From assembly GCF_009914755.1 (NCBI RefSeq), contig NC_060938.1: DNA of 64,000 bases, one strand, 5' to 3'. The DNA is from the human T2T-CHM13v2.0 reference genome, Homo sapiens. A model generated the notes under the pieces. It saw only the letters and a program-made list of their open reading frames with translations. It had not been told where the DNA came from and ran no database searches. This document shows, one piece after another, positions 47,236-62,643 of the stretch. A program made the position numbers and the translations under genes. How positions within the stretch are numbered: the stretch's first letter is position 1; each line of letters starts with the position of its first letter.

Positions 47236-47910
47236 CTATTTTATTTTAGGTTCAGGGGGTATATGTACAGGTTTGTTACATTGGTATATTGCGTGATGCT
47301 GAGGTTTGGGGTACGATTTATACCATCTCTCAGCTACTGAACATAGTCCCCAATAAGTAGTTTTTTTAGCCTTTTTCCCTGCTCCCTTCTTCCTCCTTCT
47401 AATAATCTCCAGTGTTGATTGTTCCCATCTTTGTGTCCATGTATACCCAATGTTTAGCTCCCACTTATAAGTGAGAACATGCAGTCTTTGGTTTTCTGTT
47501 CCTGTGTTAATTCACTTAGGATAATGACCAAGAGCTGCATCCATGTTGCTGCAAAGGACATGATTTTGTTCTTTTTATGGCTGTGTAGTAGTCCATGGTA
47601 TATATTTACCACATTTTCTTTATCTACTCTACCATGGATGGGCACTTAGGTTGATTCCATGTCTTTGCTATTGTGGATACTGTGGCAGTGAACATACGAG
47701 TGCATATGTCTTTTTGGTAGAGTGATTTATTTTCCTTTGGGTATATATCCAGCAATGAGATTGCTGGCTCAAATGGTAGCTCTGTTTTAAGTTCTTTGGG
47801 AGATCTCCAAACTCCTTTGCACAGTGATTGAACTAATTTATATTTCCACCTACAGTGTATAAGCATTCCATTTTCTCTGCACCCTTTCCAGCATCTATTA
47901 TTTTTTGACT

Positions 47911-48206
<296 letters not shown>

Positions 48207-49493
48207 TGACTTCTTAATAATAGCCATTCTGGCTGGTGTGAGATGGTATCTCATTGTGGTTTTGATTTGCATTTCTCTAATGATTAGGGATGTTGAGCAT
48301 TTTATATTTGATGGCCACATGTATGTCTTCTTTTGAGAAGTGTCTGTTCATGTCCTTTACCCACTTTTAATGGGGTCATTTTTTGCTTGTTGATTTGTTT
48401 AAGTTCCTTATAGAATCTGGATATTAGACCTTTGTCACATGCCTAGTTTGTGAATATTTTCTCCTATTCTGTAGGGCGTCCATTTATTCTGTTGATAGTT
48501 TCTTTTGCTGTGCAGAAGCTCTTTAGTTAGGTACCACTTGTCAATTTTTGTTTTTGTTACAATATTTTTGAGGTCTTAGCCATTAGTTCTTTGCCAAGGC
48601 TGATGTCCAGAATGGATTTTCCTTGGTTTTCTTCTAGGATTTTTATGGGTTGGGTCTTAGATTTAAATTGTTGATCCATCTTGAGTTAATTTTTGTAAAT
48701 GGTAAAAGGTAGGGGTCCAGTTTAATTATTCTGCATATGGCTAGCTGGTAATCTCAGCAGCATTTATTGAATAGGAAGTCCTTTCCCCATTTTTTTATTT
48801 TCGTTGACTTTGTCAAAGATCAGAGGTTGTAAGTGTGTGGTTTCATTTCTGGGTTCTCTATTCTGTTCCATTGATCACTATGTCTGTTTTTGTACCAGTA
48901 CCATGCCGTTTTGGTTGCTATAGTTTGAAGTCAGGTAGTGTGATGCCTCTAGCTTTGTTCTCTTTGCTTAGGATTCCCTTGGCTTTTCAGACTCTTAACT
49001 TCCCATATGAATGTTAGAATAGTTTTTTCTAATTCTGTGAAAAATGACATTGGTAATTTGAATCTGTACATTGCTTTGGGAAATATGCCATTTTAACGGT
49101 ATTGATTCTTCAAATCCATGAGTATGGAATGTTTTTTCATTTGTTTGTATCATCTATGATTTCTTGTAGCAGTGTTTTGTAGTTCTCCTTCCAAAGATCG
49201 TTCACCTCCTTGGTTAGATGTATTCCTAGATATTTTATTTTTTTTGTGTAGCTATTGTAAATGGGATTGTATTCTTGACTTGGCTCTCAGCTGGAATGTT
49301 ATTGGTGTATAGAAAAGCTACTGATTTTTGTGCATTGATTTTGTAGCCTTCAACTTTACTAAAGTCATTTATCAGTTCTGGGAGCCTTTTGGAGCAGCAG
49401 TCTTTAGGGTTTTCTAGGTATAGAATCATATTGTCAGTGAAGAGAGATGATTTTGCTTTTTCTTTTCTATTTTGATGCCTTTTATTTCTTTCC

Positions 49494-49772
49494 CTTTTTG
49501 AGATGGAGTCTCACTCTGTCGCCTAGGCTGGAGTGCAGTGGCACAATCTTGGTTCACTGCAACCTCACCTCCTCACCTTCTCTTGCCTCAGCCTTTCAAG
49601 TAGCTGGGACTATAGGCGTGCACTACCACTCCCAGCTAATTTTTATATTTTTAGTAGAGATGGGGTTTCACCATATTGGCCAAGCTGGTCTTGAACTCCT
49701 GACCTCAAGTGATCTGCCTGTCTAGGCCTCCCAAAATTCTGGGATTACAGGCATGTGCCACCGTGCCCAGCC
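49494..49772 (-). mobile_element. Alu nested in L1
   Basis: Reverse Alu consensus. Confidence 0.88.
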
Positions 49773-50234
49773 TTATTTCTTTCTCTTGCCTGATTGCTCT
49801 GGCTAGGACTTCCTGTACTATGTTGAATAGGAGTGGTGAGACTGGGCATCCTTATCTTGTTCTAGTTCTCCCAAATTTTGCCTGTTTAGAATGATGTTGG
49901 CTGTGGGTTTGTCATAAATGGGTCTTAGTATTTTGAGGTATGTTCATTTCGATGCCTAGTCTGTTGAGGGTTTTTATCATGAAGGGGTGTTGGATTATGT
50001 TGACAGCTTTTTCTGTGTCTATGGAGATGATCATATGGTTTTTACTTTAAATCTGTTTATGTTGTGAATAACATTTATTGATTTACATATGTTGAACTAG
50101 CCCTGCGTCTCAGGAATAAAGCTTACTTAATCATGATGTATTAACTTTTTGATGTGTTGCTGGATTCAGTTTGCTCATATTTTCTTGCAGATTTTTGCAT
50201 CCATGTTCATCAGGGATATTGACCTGATGCTTTC

Positions 50235-50410
50235 TTTTTTTTTTTCTTTTTTTAAAATTTTATTATTATTATACTTTAAGTTTTAGGGTACATGTGCACA
50301 ACATGCAGGTTTGTTACATATGTATACATGTGCCATGTTGGTGTGCTGCACCAACTGGTCATTTTGCATTAGGTATATCTCCTAATGCTGTCCCTCCCCC
50401 CCTCCCCCAC
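50235..50410 (-). mobile_element. Short young L1PA 3' fragment nested in older L1
   Basis: tattattatactttaagttttagggtacatgtgcac L1PA tail; flanking atgct(t/g)tctttt repeat. Confidence 0.8.
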
Positions 50411-51727
50411 AATGCTGTCTTTTACATTGTGTCTCTGCCAGATTTTGGTGTCAGGCTGATACTGGTCTTATAGAATGAGTTATTGAGGAGTCCCTCTTCC
50501 TCAGTTTTTTGGAACATTGTCAGTAGGAATGGTATAAGTGCTTCTTTGTACATCTGGTAGAATTAGGCCGTGAACATGTCTGGTCCTGGGATTTTTCTGC
50601 TTGGTAGGCTTTTTGTTACTTAATTCAATTTCGGACCTCATTATTGGTCTGTTCATTAGTTTAATTTCTTTCTGGTTCAATTTTGGGAGGTTGCATGTTT
50701 CCAGGAATTTATGCATTTCTTCTAGGTTTTCTAGTTAGTGTACATAGAGGCGTTTGTAGTAGTTCTCTGAGGGTTTTTTGTATTTCTGTGGGGTCGATGG
50801 AATATCACCTTTGTCATTTCTGATTGTTTATTTGGATCTTTTTTTTTTCTTATTAGTCTAGCTAGCAGTTTATCTTATATATTCTTTCAAGGAACAAACT
50901 CCTTGATTCTTTGATCTTTTTAATTATTTTTTTTTTTGCATCTCAATTTTGTTCAGTTCAGCTCTGATTTTGGTTATTTCTTATCTTCTGCTAGCTTTGG
51001 GGTTGGTTTGCTCTTGCTTCTCTGTTTCCTCTAGGTTAGATGTTAGGTTATTTACTTGAGAACTTCTGAACTTTCTGATATGGGCTTTTAACAGTATAAA
51101 CTTTCCTCTTAACACTGTTGTAGCTGTGTCCCAGAGATTCTGGTATGTTGTATCTTTATTCTCATTAGTTTCAAAGAATTTCTTGATTTCTGCCTTAATT
51201 TCATTGTTTACCCAAAAGTCACTCAGGAGCAGGTTGTTTATTTCCATGTAATTGTATGGTTTTAAGTGATTTTCTTAGTATTGATTTCTATTTTTATTGT
51301 GTTATGGTCCAAGAGTGTGATTGGTATGATTGCAGTTTTTTTTTTTAATTTGTTGACTATTGTTTTATGGTTGATTGTGTGGTCAGTGTTAGAACATGTA
51401 CCCTGTACAGATGAAAATAATGTATATTCTGCTGTTTTTGGGTGGGGAGTTCTGTAGATGTCTATTAGGTTCATTTGGTCAAGTGTTGAGTTCAGGTCTT
51501 GAATTTATTAGTTTTCTGTCTTAATGATCTGTCTTATAATGTCAGTGGGGTGTTGAAGTCTCACACTATTATTATGCAGTCTCTTCATAAGTCTTTAAGA
51601 ACTTGCTTTATGAACCTGGGTGCTCCTATGTTTGCTGCATATATAGGATAATTAGGTCTTTTTGTTGAATTGAATGCTTTACCATTATGTAGTGCCCTTG
51701 TCTTTTATATATATATTATATATATAT

Positions 51728-51970
51728 ATTTTTTTTATTATAGTTTAAGTTCTAGGGTACATGTGCACAGCGTGCAGGTTTGTTACATATGTATACATGT
51801 GCCATGTTGGTGTGCTGCACCCATTAACTCGTCATTTACATTAGGTATATCTACTAATGCTATCCTTCCCCGCTCCCCCCACCCCACAACAGGCCCCAGT
51901 GTGTGATGTTCCCCTTCAAAAATGATGAGTTCATGTCCTTTGTAGGGACGTGGATGAAGCTGGAAACCAT
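51728..51970 (-). mobile_element. Short L1PA insertion with 5' inversion
   Basis: Minus-strand 3' end 51728-51917 abuts plus-strand L1 piece 51918-51970; flanking ttgtctttt repeat. Confidence 0.8.
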
Positions 51971-52488
51971 TTTTGTCTTTTTTTATCTTTAGTGGTTTAA
52001 AGTCGGCTTTGTCTGTTATAATAGCAACCCCTACTTTTTTCTATTTTCTGTTTGCTTGGTAGATTTTTCTCTATCCCTTTATTTTGAGCTTATGGGTGTC
52101 ATTGCATGTGAGGTGGGTCTCTTGAAGATGGCACACCATTGGGTCTTGACTCTTTGTCCAACTTGCCACTCTGTGCCTTATAATTGGGGCATTTAGCTTG
52201 TTTACATTCAACGTTAATATTGACATGTGGATTTGATATTGTCATCATGTTGTTAGCCGGTTATTATGCAGACTTGTTTGTGTTGTTGCTTTATAGTGGC
52301 AATGGTCTATGTACTTAAGTGTGTTTTTGTAGTGGCTGGTGATGGTCTTTCCTTTTTATATTTAACACTCCCTTCAGGACCTCTCGTAAGGCAGGTCTAA
52401 TGGTAACAAATTCCCTTAGCATTTGTTTGTCTGAAAAGGATCTTATTTCTCCTTTGCTTAGTTTGGCTGCATATGAAATTCTTGGTTG

Positions 52489-52800
52489 GGGCTGGGTGTG
52501 GTGGCTCACGCCTGTAATCCTAGCACTTTGGGAGGCTGAGGCAGGTGGATTGCTTGAGCCCAGGAGTTTGAGACCAGCCGGGGCAATATGATGAAACCCT
52601 GTCTCTACAAAAAATGCTAAAATTAGCCGGGTGTGGTGGCATGTGCCTGTAGTCCCAGCTACTCAGGAGGCTGAGGTGGGAGGACTGCTTGGGCCCAGGA
52701 GGTCATTGCTGCAGTGAGCCATGATCATGCCACTGCACTCCAGCCTGGGTGACAGAGTGAAACCCTGTCACATATACACACACACAAAAAAACACACACA
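52489..52800 (+). mobile_element. Alu (AluJ-like) nested in L1
   Basis: Dimeric Alu with CA-rich tail. Confidence 0.88.
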
Positions 52801-54885
52801 CGAAATTCATGATTGGAATTTCTTTACCTTAAGAATGTTGAATATAGTCCTCCAATCTCTTCCAGCTTGCAGAGTTTCTGCTGAAAGGTTCACTGTTCGC
52901 CTGATGGAGTTTCTTTTGTAGGTGACTTGCCCCTTCCCTCTAGCTGCCTTTAACATTTTTTTCCTTCATTTTGACTTTGATGAATCTGATGACTGTGTCC
53001 TGGGGATGATCATTTTGGATAGTATCTCACAGAAGTTCTCTGCATTTCTTGAATTTGAATTCAGGCCCCCAGCTTTGTTCTCTGGGCCCTTCAGGTTAGG
53101 AACCTTCTGTGCTGGAGGAGCCCAGGTGTTCTTGGATCTCTGGCCACAACACTGATGTGTGGTGCCAGCCAAATTGCGTTGTTGGGGTGGTGGCAGTGGG
53201 ATCTGTGCTTGTTCACATGTACCAACAGCAGCTGCGTTATGGTGGGATGCACACTCCATGGCTTGGATGGGGTGCTGGTGGGTGCGGCGCTGCCAGCCTC
53301 TGTGTGCATATTCATACTGGTGGTGGTGTTGGCGCATGGGGTAGTGCGGTGCTGGCAGGTACAGGGCTGCCAGTCTCCATGTGTGTGTTCGTGCTGGTGG
53401 CAGTGTGGGGGGTGGCGTGTGGGTTGCTGTCCTCCGTATGCGCGTTTGCAGTGGCAATGGCCACGCAGTGGTGGGGTTACACTCTACACCACAGCTGTGG
53501 CATAGTGGGATGCATATGCACATGGGTGCCAGCGATGGAGGGGAGGTGAGGTCTACCCACACGTGTGCCAGCAAAACGGTAGGGCAGGTGGGGGCGTGGC
53601 CGAGTGCATGTTCCTGCTGGCAAAGCAGCACAGAGGAGGCTGCAGTCAGTGGTGGTCTGGTGTGCCTCAGTGGAGGCTGCTCTACTGGAGCTCTTGATGG
53701 TCAGCATTATCTGCCAGTGAAGGAGCTATGATGTAGGCCCCCTGGAGGCACCTCAGTTGGGCATCCGAGGGTACACTGCAAGTGTGCTCCACCAGGTTGG
53801 GACCCTGGGAGAGGCCAGCAGACAAGGGGTGCTTTGATTGGACTGGCTCCATTTCACATGCAAGACCACCATGATCTGTTCAGATTTGACAGTTCTCCTA
53901 AGGCTAAAGTCTCCTAGGAGAGCATGGTGAGCCTTGGGAGATGGACAACCCTGGTTGTGCTCCACTGCAGACATTACTGCACCAAACCCTCTGGGTTCCA
54001 CACTGCATTCCTACCCCTACCACCTCTCTAAGCACCTCTCCCAGCCAGCTCAGGTGTCCACACCCTGGGGTCGTGGGGTCTCCTGCTGCTAGGATTTCAG
54101 AGGTCTGTGGTGAGAGGGGTTTGTTTTTCACCTCTTCAACTCACCCCTTCCTCAGGAGTCCTTGAGGGCCAGAAGTAAGTCTTGGTGTGTGATAGCCCAA
54201 TGCAGGGTTCCCAGTTTCTTCTTTCTTCAGCCCAGCATCTATATCCTCCCTCCATCCATTCTCATTGCCTTCCCTCCAAAGATCTCAGAATGTGCCAGTC
54301 TTCCCAAAGTCCCAGTCACTTGGTGGCATGTGTTCCTCCTGGCTGCGTCTAGTTGGCCATCTTGCCCCAGGGTCTTCTCTCTAATTTTAGGCATTTATTT
54401 TCTTCTGCTAGTTTTGGGGTTGGTTTGTTCTTTTTTTTTTTTTTTTTTTTTTCTAATTCCATTAGGTGCAAAGTTAAATTGTTAATTTGAAATCTTTCTA
54501 ACCTCTTGATGAAGAAATTTAGTGTTATAAACTTTCCTCTTAATACTGCTTTAGCTGCCTCCCAGAGATTTTGGGAAGTTGTGTTCCTATTTTCATTAAT
54601 ATCAAATAATTTTTTGACTTCCGCCTTAATTTCTTGTTCACCCAGGAGTTATTCAGGAGCAAGTTGTGTCCTTTCTATATTTGCGTAGTTTTGAGAGATC
54701 TTCTTGATATTCATTTTAATTTTTTTGGCACTGTGGTCTGATAGTGTGCTTGATGTGATTTCGATTTTTAAAAAAATTTATTGACACTTACTTTATGACC
54801 AAACATGTGGTTGCTCTTAGAGTATGTTTCTTGTACAGTTGAGAAGAATGTATATTCTGTGGTTGGTGTGTGGATCGTTCTATAG

Positions 54886-55419
<534 letters not shown>

Positions 55420-56301
55420 TGGATTGTACCCTTTATCACTGTGTAATACCCTTCTACGTCTTTCTTAGTCGTTATGGTTTAAAGTCTGTTTTATCTGGTA
55501 TAAGAATAGTGACTTCTGCTTGTTTTCCATTTGCCTGCTAGCTCTTTCTTCATCCCTTTTTACTTTGAGCCTGTGGGATTACATGTGAGATGGGTCTCTT
55601 GAAGACAGCAGATGGTTGAGTCTTGTCTTTTTTTTTCTAGCTTACCATTCTGTGTCTTTTAAGTGGGGTGTTTAGAACACTTAACATTGAAGTTTAGTAA
55701 TGACATATGAGACTTTGATCCTGTCATTGTGTTGTTGGCTGGTTGTTATGTAGACTTGATTGCGTAGTTACTTTATAGTGTCTGTGGGCTATGTACTTAA
55801 GTGTGTTTTTGTGGTAGCAGGTGTCGTTCTTACCATTCCATGTTTAGCATTTCCTGAAGGACCTCTTATAAGGCTGTTCTAGTTGAAACAAATTCCCTCA
55901 GTGTTTTCTTGTCTGAGAAGACGAGATAAATTTATTTATTTTTCACTTATGAAGCTTAGTTTGTGGGATATGAAATTATTTGTTGGTATTTCTTTTCTAC
56001 ACTGAAAATAGGTCCCCACTCTCTTCTGGCTTGCAGTTTCTGCTGAGATGTCTGGTGCTAGCCTGATGGGGTTCCTTCTGTCCATGCATTACCATTCTCT
56101 CTTGCTTCCTTCAAGACTTTTTTCTTTTGCATTGACCTCGTTGAATGTCTGTGTGCCTTTGGGATGGCCATTATGTTGTCTGGATTTCTTGTACCTGGAT
56201 ATCTACATCTCTAGCAATATTAGGGAAATTTTCTTGAATTATTCCATCAAGTATGTTTTCCAGGTTGTCAACTTTTTCTCCTCTCTCAGGAATGCCAGTA
56301 A

Positions 56302-56686
<385 letters not shown>

Positions 56687-57109
56687 TAAAATTGTTTTTT
56701 CTTGACTTTTGTCTATATGTGTTAGTTTGAAATATCAGTTGTAATTATTTTTTTCTGCTTGGTCTAGTCTGTTGATAAAATTTTCAACAGCTTGGCAATC
56801 ATAAAGTGAAGTTTTCAGTTCCAGAAGCTCTAATTGATTCCTTTTTAAGATGTTTATCTCCTTTTTCATTTCCTGGATTGTTTTATTAGATTCTTTGTGT
56901 TGATTTTCAGTCTTTTCTTTTATATCTTTGAGTTTCTTCCAATCCATGCTTTGAATTATTTATCTGACATTTCTGAGTTTCCATTTTGGTTGGGGACCTT
57001 TCCTAGAGAGCTACTGTGATTCTTTGGTGGTGTTACAAAAATTGGATTTTTCTGGTGCCAGCATTCTTATGTTGCTTCCTTCTCATTTGTAGGTGTTGGC
57101 ACTTCTAAA

Positions 57110-57395
57110 TTTTTGTTTTTTGAGACAGGTTCTCACTCTTTTGCACAGGCTGAAGTACAGTGAATCATGTCCCACTGTAGCCTCGACCTCCCAGGCTGAA
57201 GCAATCCTCCCACCTCAGCCTTCCAAGTAGCTGGGACTATAGGCGTGTGCCATCATGCCTGGCTAATTTTTTAATTATTTGTATAGACAGTGTCCCACCG
57301 TCGTCTTGAACTCCTGGGCTCAAGCAATCCTCCTGCTTTGGCCTCCAGGGTTGGAGTGCTGGGATGGATTACAGACATGAGTCACCGTGCCTGGC
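57110..57395 (-). mobile_element. Alu (AluJ-like)
   Basis: Reverse Alu consensus. Confidence 0.85.
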
Positions 57396-59067
57396 TGGCA
57401 CTTCAAATTTTTGTAGATATTTTCATGCAGGTAGGGTTTTCTTTCCCTTTCTTTTCTTGTATTATTATTGTTTTTTCCCCCTTTCCTTCCCCCACTCACT
57501 AAAGGGTGTGACTTAAGAGTATGTCGAGTAGGGTCTTTTGTCTTTGTTTCCATGGCCTTCTGTTCTGGCAGCAGGTTGTATATTGGGCTGTGGAGTTCAA
57601 CCTACGGGCCAGTAGATGATGCTTACGGGTGAGAGTCAGCTGTGGTGGAAGCAGACAGTTATGTACTTGGTATTTGTTTACTGTGAAGAACTCTCTGTTG
57701 TTCCAGGTGATAGGCTAGACTGTGGAGGGCTGCATACCATGTACTTCCTATTTTACGGGAGTGCTGGGGACATAGCTGGGTAGAGTGGATAACCTGGCTT
57801 GTCCACAAATACCCCTATGTCAAATGTAGAAGTGTAGTCCCCAACCCTGATGAGGGTGGCTAGGAAAAGCTCCCAGTGAATTGTGCCACAGTCTCTGTGG
57901 GGGTTTGGGGTGCTACACAAGCCCCTTCTAGATAGACTGGAATGTAGATTGTTGCCCAGTCACACCCTTGTTCTAGAGCTCTTGACTCCTGGATCAGACA
58001 CACACTGCAGCCTATCTCCAGACCACCATGTGGTTGAGAGCCTTAGGAAATGTCTAATTTTTGACTCTCCAGGGGAGTGGTTTTTGGGGCAGAACTTCAT
58101 CACTTAGCTTAATATAGGTAGCTGTGTGGCTCCTCTGCTCTCCAATGTGATGACTCTTCTTCATTTAAGAGCGGGGTTGGGGGACTCCTTCTTTGGGCCT
58201 CTGCAGGGGTGTGTTGGTTTTGGTGGTGTTGGCTGGTTGCGTCGGTTCAACCTCAGGCAATGGGAGATGTGGTAAAGTACTAGCAAAATTGGAATAGGGT
58301 AGGGAGATCTGTAAGTCCCTAGTTAGTCCCTAGATGGCTGGCTGGACTTCCTCTATGAGTCTTGATGGGGCTGGATTGTTGGGGAGCCTCAGGTCCTGGC
58401 TGTGATGGGAAGGGGTGAGGGCTGATATCTGGGTGAGGGGCTAAACTCTCAGGCAGGGCACTTAGGCGGTGGGAGCCCTAGGGAAGATCACAGGTCTATG
58501 GGGGTAAGGTTTTCGACAGGGCTTTGGGCCATGACTGAAATGCTCATGTAGGGGTCGGCTATGTGCAGTAGAAGCCAGAAGGCAGCAGTCCTGGTTGGGG
58601 AGTGGGCAGTGGAGGAAGGGGGTCATGTGGAAAGCATTCTGGCCACCTCTCTGAAGGGTAGCTGCTGGCACTGGAGTTTCTCTCCCCAGCCTGGGGGCAG
58701 CAGGGGTGGCCACGGCAGAGGACCTGTTCAGTTGCCTTTGGGAGTGATGGTGATGGGGGGTGTACCTGGGAAGAGGGAATGGGGAGCAGGTTGGGTACTC
58801 CTCTCTGCTGATGGAGGTGCTTGAAAGCACCTTTGTTCCCTCCCTAGCCTAGAAGTAGCAAGGATGGGTACTGCAGCAGCTGCAGTGGCAGAGGGCCTGT
58901 CAGTTGCCTTTGGAAGCTCCACCCTAGAGAAACAGAGCTGCTACTCACTGAAGTGATTATGTGGGGGTAGGGGTGCCTGTGCTGGCGGCCCAAGTCAGGA
59001 GGCCCTGCCCTGTAAGGAGCAGCAGGGGCTGGGCCTCTGAGAGCAAAGAGTCTGGCCACCTTTCCTG

Positions 59068-59141
59068 AAGGCAGCTGCATCCTGCTGGAGGTCTACTTAC
59101 TCTCAAGGCAGCTGCATCCTGCTGGAGGTCTACTTACTCTC
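59068..59141 (+). repeat. Perfect 37-bp tandem duplication
   Basis: aaggcagctgcatcctgctggaggtctacttactctc x2. Confidence 0.9.
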
Positions 59142-59931
59142 AGGCTCTTCACTCCCTCCCCAGCCTGAGAGCAGCAGGAGCAAGGACCTGACAGAGGCAG
59201 TTGCAGTGGGCCTGTCAGTTACCTCCGGGAGCTCTGACCCAGTGAAATACAGAGCCAGAGCCGTGACCGACTGACCAGAGTGCTCAGTTGGTGGTGGAGT
59301 GGGCGTGCTGGGGGCCCAGGCCAGTGGCCTTGCCTGGCAAGGAACAGCAGAGGCAGGGCCTGCAGTCTGACTGCTCCTAAACTCCATGGATATGGCTTCT
59401 ATCCTAGAGCTACGCGAAAAAACCTGGCCTCCCTTGGTGGGACTATAACAGCTGGCACCAGGGAACTCGGGGATCCAAGGTTGGTGGGGATCCCCGACTC
59501 CATGTGGGGTTGAGCTTCCAAGAAGTCTTCCTTACATGGCTTATATGGCTGGGAAGTTGGTCCTGGCTGTTGGCAGTTCTTTGCGATGTGAACCTTTCCA
59601 TAGGACTGCTTGAGTGTCTTCATGACACAACAGCTGACTTTCTGCAGAGTATGTGATCCAAGAGTACAGGGTAGAAATGACAATTTCTTTTTAAGACAAA
59701 GCCTTGGAAGTTACATACCATCATTTCTGCAGTATTCTATTAGTCACAGACAAACCTGATACAATGTGGGAGGAGACTACAGAAAGGCATGGATAACAAA
59801 GGTGAGCATCATTGAGTCTTAGAGGCCGCCTACCACTGATATATGCATGTGTGTAAACATATGTACGCATGCATGTGTGTATGTGTATAATTAAAAAAAA
59901 AACTTTATGACCATTCTGTTCTCAGAAATGT

Positions 59932-60660
59932 TGTAGTAGGCAGAATTTCTTAAATGGCCTCTCAAAGATGTTCTGCCCTAATCCCTGGAACCTTTGAATA
60001 TGATGAGATGTCACTCCCATGATTATTATATGTTATATGGTATAGTTGACTTTAAGATGGGGAGATTATTTGGATCTAATCATATGAGCCCTTAGAAGTA
60101 GTGAGCTTTCTCTGGCTGTTAAAAAGGGGAAGGAAGAAAAGCTTAAAACCCAAGAAGGACTCAGGATGCCATTGCTGCCTTGAAGGTGGAGGGGCCATGA
60201 TTAAAGGAATGTAGGCAGCCTCTAGAAGCAGTGAGTGGCCCTGAGATAAGAGCAAGAAAGGAACCTCAGACCTAGAGCTGCAGAGAAATAGATTTTTGCC
60301 AACAGCTTGAATGAACTTGGAAGTTGATTCTTACTCCCAACCTCCAGATAAGAGTCCAGCTCAGCTGAGATCTTGATTTCAACCTTGTAAGACCTTAAGC
60401 AGAGAACCTAGCCAACCCTATCTGGACTTCTGACCTGATTGTCTCTGATTTATCCTCTGCTGCTTCTGCTTTAGGAATGAATAGCACTTCTCTACTTCCA
60501 CTTTTCATCTTGGTGTTGTAACTGAATATATAAGTATACCCAGATTCAGTGACATTCACATAAGTCAAAACTGACTTGCAGTGACATAATAAATGGATGC
60601 TGTTCAAGCTGCCAAGTTTGTGGTAATTTGTTATGAAGCAGTAGAGAACTAATAAAATAC
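59932..60660 (+). mobile_element. MLT1D/E-type solo LTR carrying a 135-bp foreign insert
   Basis: tgtagtaggcagaat ... ggacttctgacct [insert] ... aagtttgtggtaatttgtta. Confidence 0.72.
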
Positions 60661-61043
60661 AGGTGTCAGTGAAGGTGCCTAATTAACTGCATTGCACAGT
60701 CTTTGTTTCTGGTTAAAAGGTCAAGCCTAGTGTCCTAGATAGATGTCAGATAGATCTGGTGGGTGGGTGGGGTAAGGCAACTGATTGAATGAACTTAGAG
60801 TGGATCTGGAGATTGAGAGAGTAAGAATCAATCTGGAAATATTTTGCTGTCATTTTTATAGTTTCTCTTTCCTGACTTTAACTTAAAAATTTCCTAGGTT
60901 ATTTATCATCAGTTTTGACTTACGTGAATGTCACTGAATCTGTGTATGCTTACATATTCAGTTACAACACCAACATGAAAAGTGGAAGTAGAGAAGTGCT
61001 ATTCATTCTTAAAGCAGAAGCAGCAGAGGAGAAATCAGAGACA
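60440..61043. repeat. 135-bp inverted repeat (60440-60574 / 60909-61043)
   Basis: Arms are reverse complements with about 7 mismatches by eye and no gaps. Confidence 0.92.
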
Positions 61044-61385
61044 CCAACTCTGCGGACCTGCTGAAGGAAGTGAACTACAGGGCATTGTTCCATTCCCTGA
61101 GAACAGCAAACACCTTAAAGTTTGTATTATGTGGAGATCAAATCAGTTCGGTAGCCTTCTCATATGAGATAATATAGATCAGTGTTCCTCATTCATTTTT
61201 TCATTATTGTCTCCTAAGAAGCCTTTTTAACAATTTTTTCTTAACCACACCCTCCAATGAAGTTTTTCTACCACACATATACTGTATATCTGTTTTTGTA
61301 CTGTATAAATATCTGTGCTTTATACATAAAAGAGTAAAATCTTCCCCTTCCTCCAAAACAACTTTTACCCTTGGGGTTAATATTA

Positions 61386-62068
<683 letters not shown>

Positions 62069-62159
62069 ACTATTATTTTCATACTGTAATATAATCTAGA
62101 GTACAGGACCAGAGAACTCAGTTCAACACAGAGAGATGTAATATCTGCATAGTTATTAT

Positions 62160-62643
<484 letters not shown>

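Noticed and set aside
52966-53731. Cluster of overlapping 60-221 aa ORFs on both strands
   Set aside because: GC/GT-rich L1 5' UTR with low stop density; no coding signal
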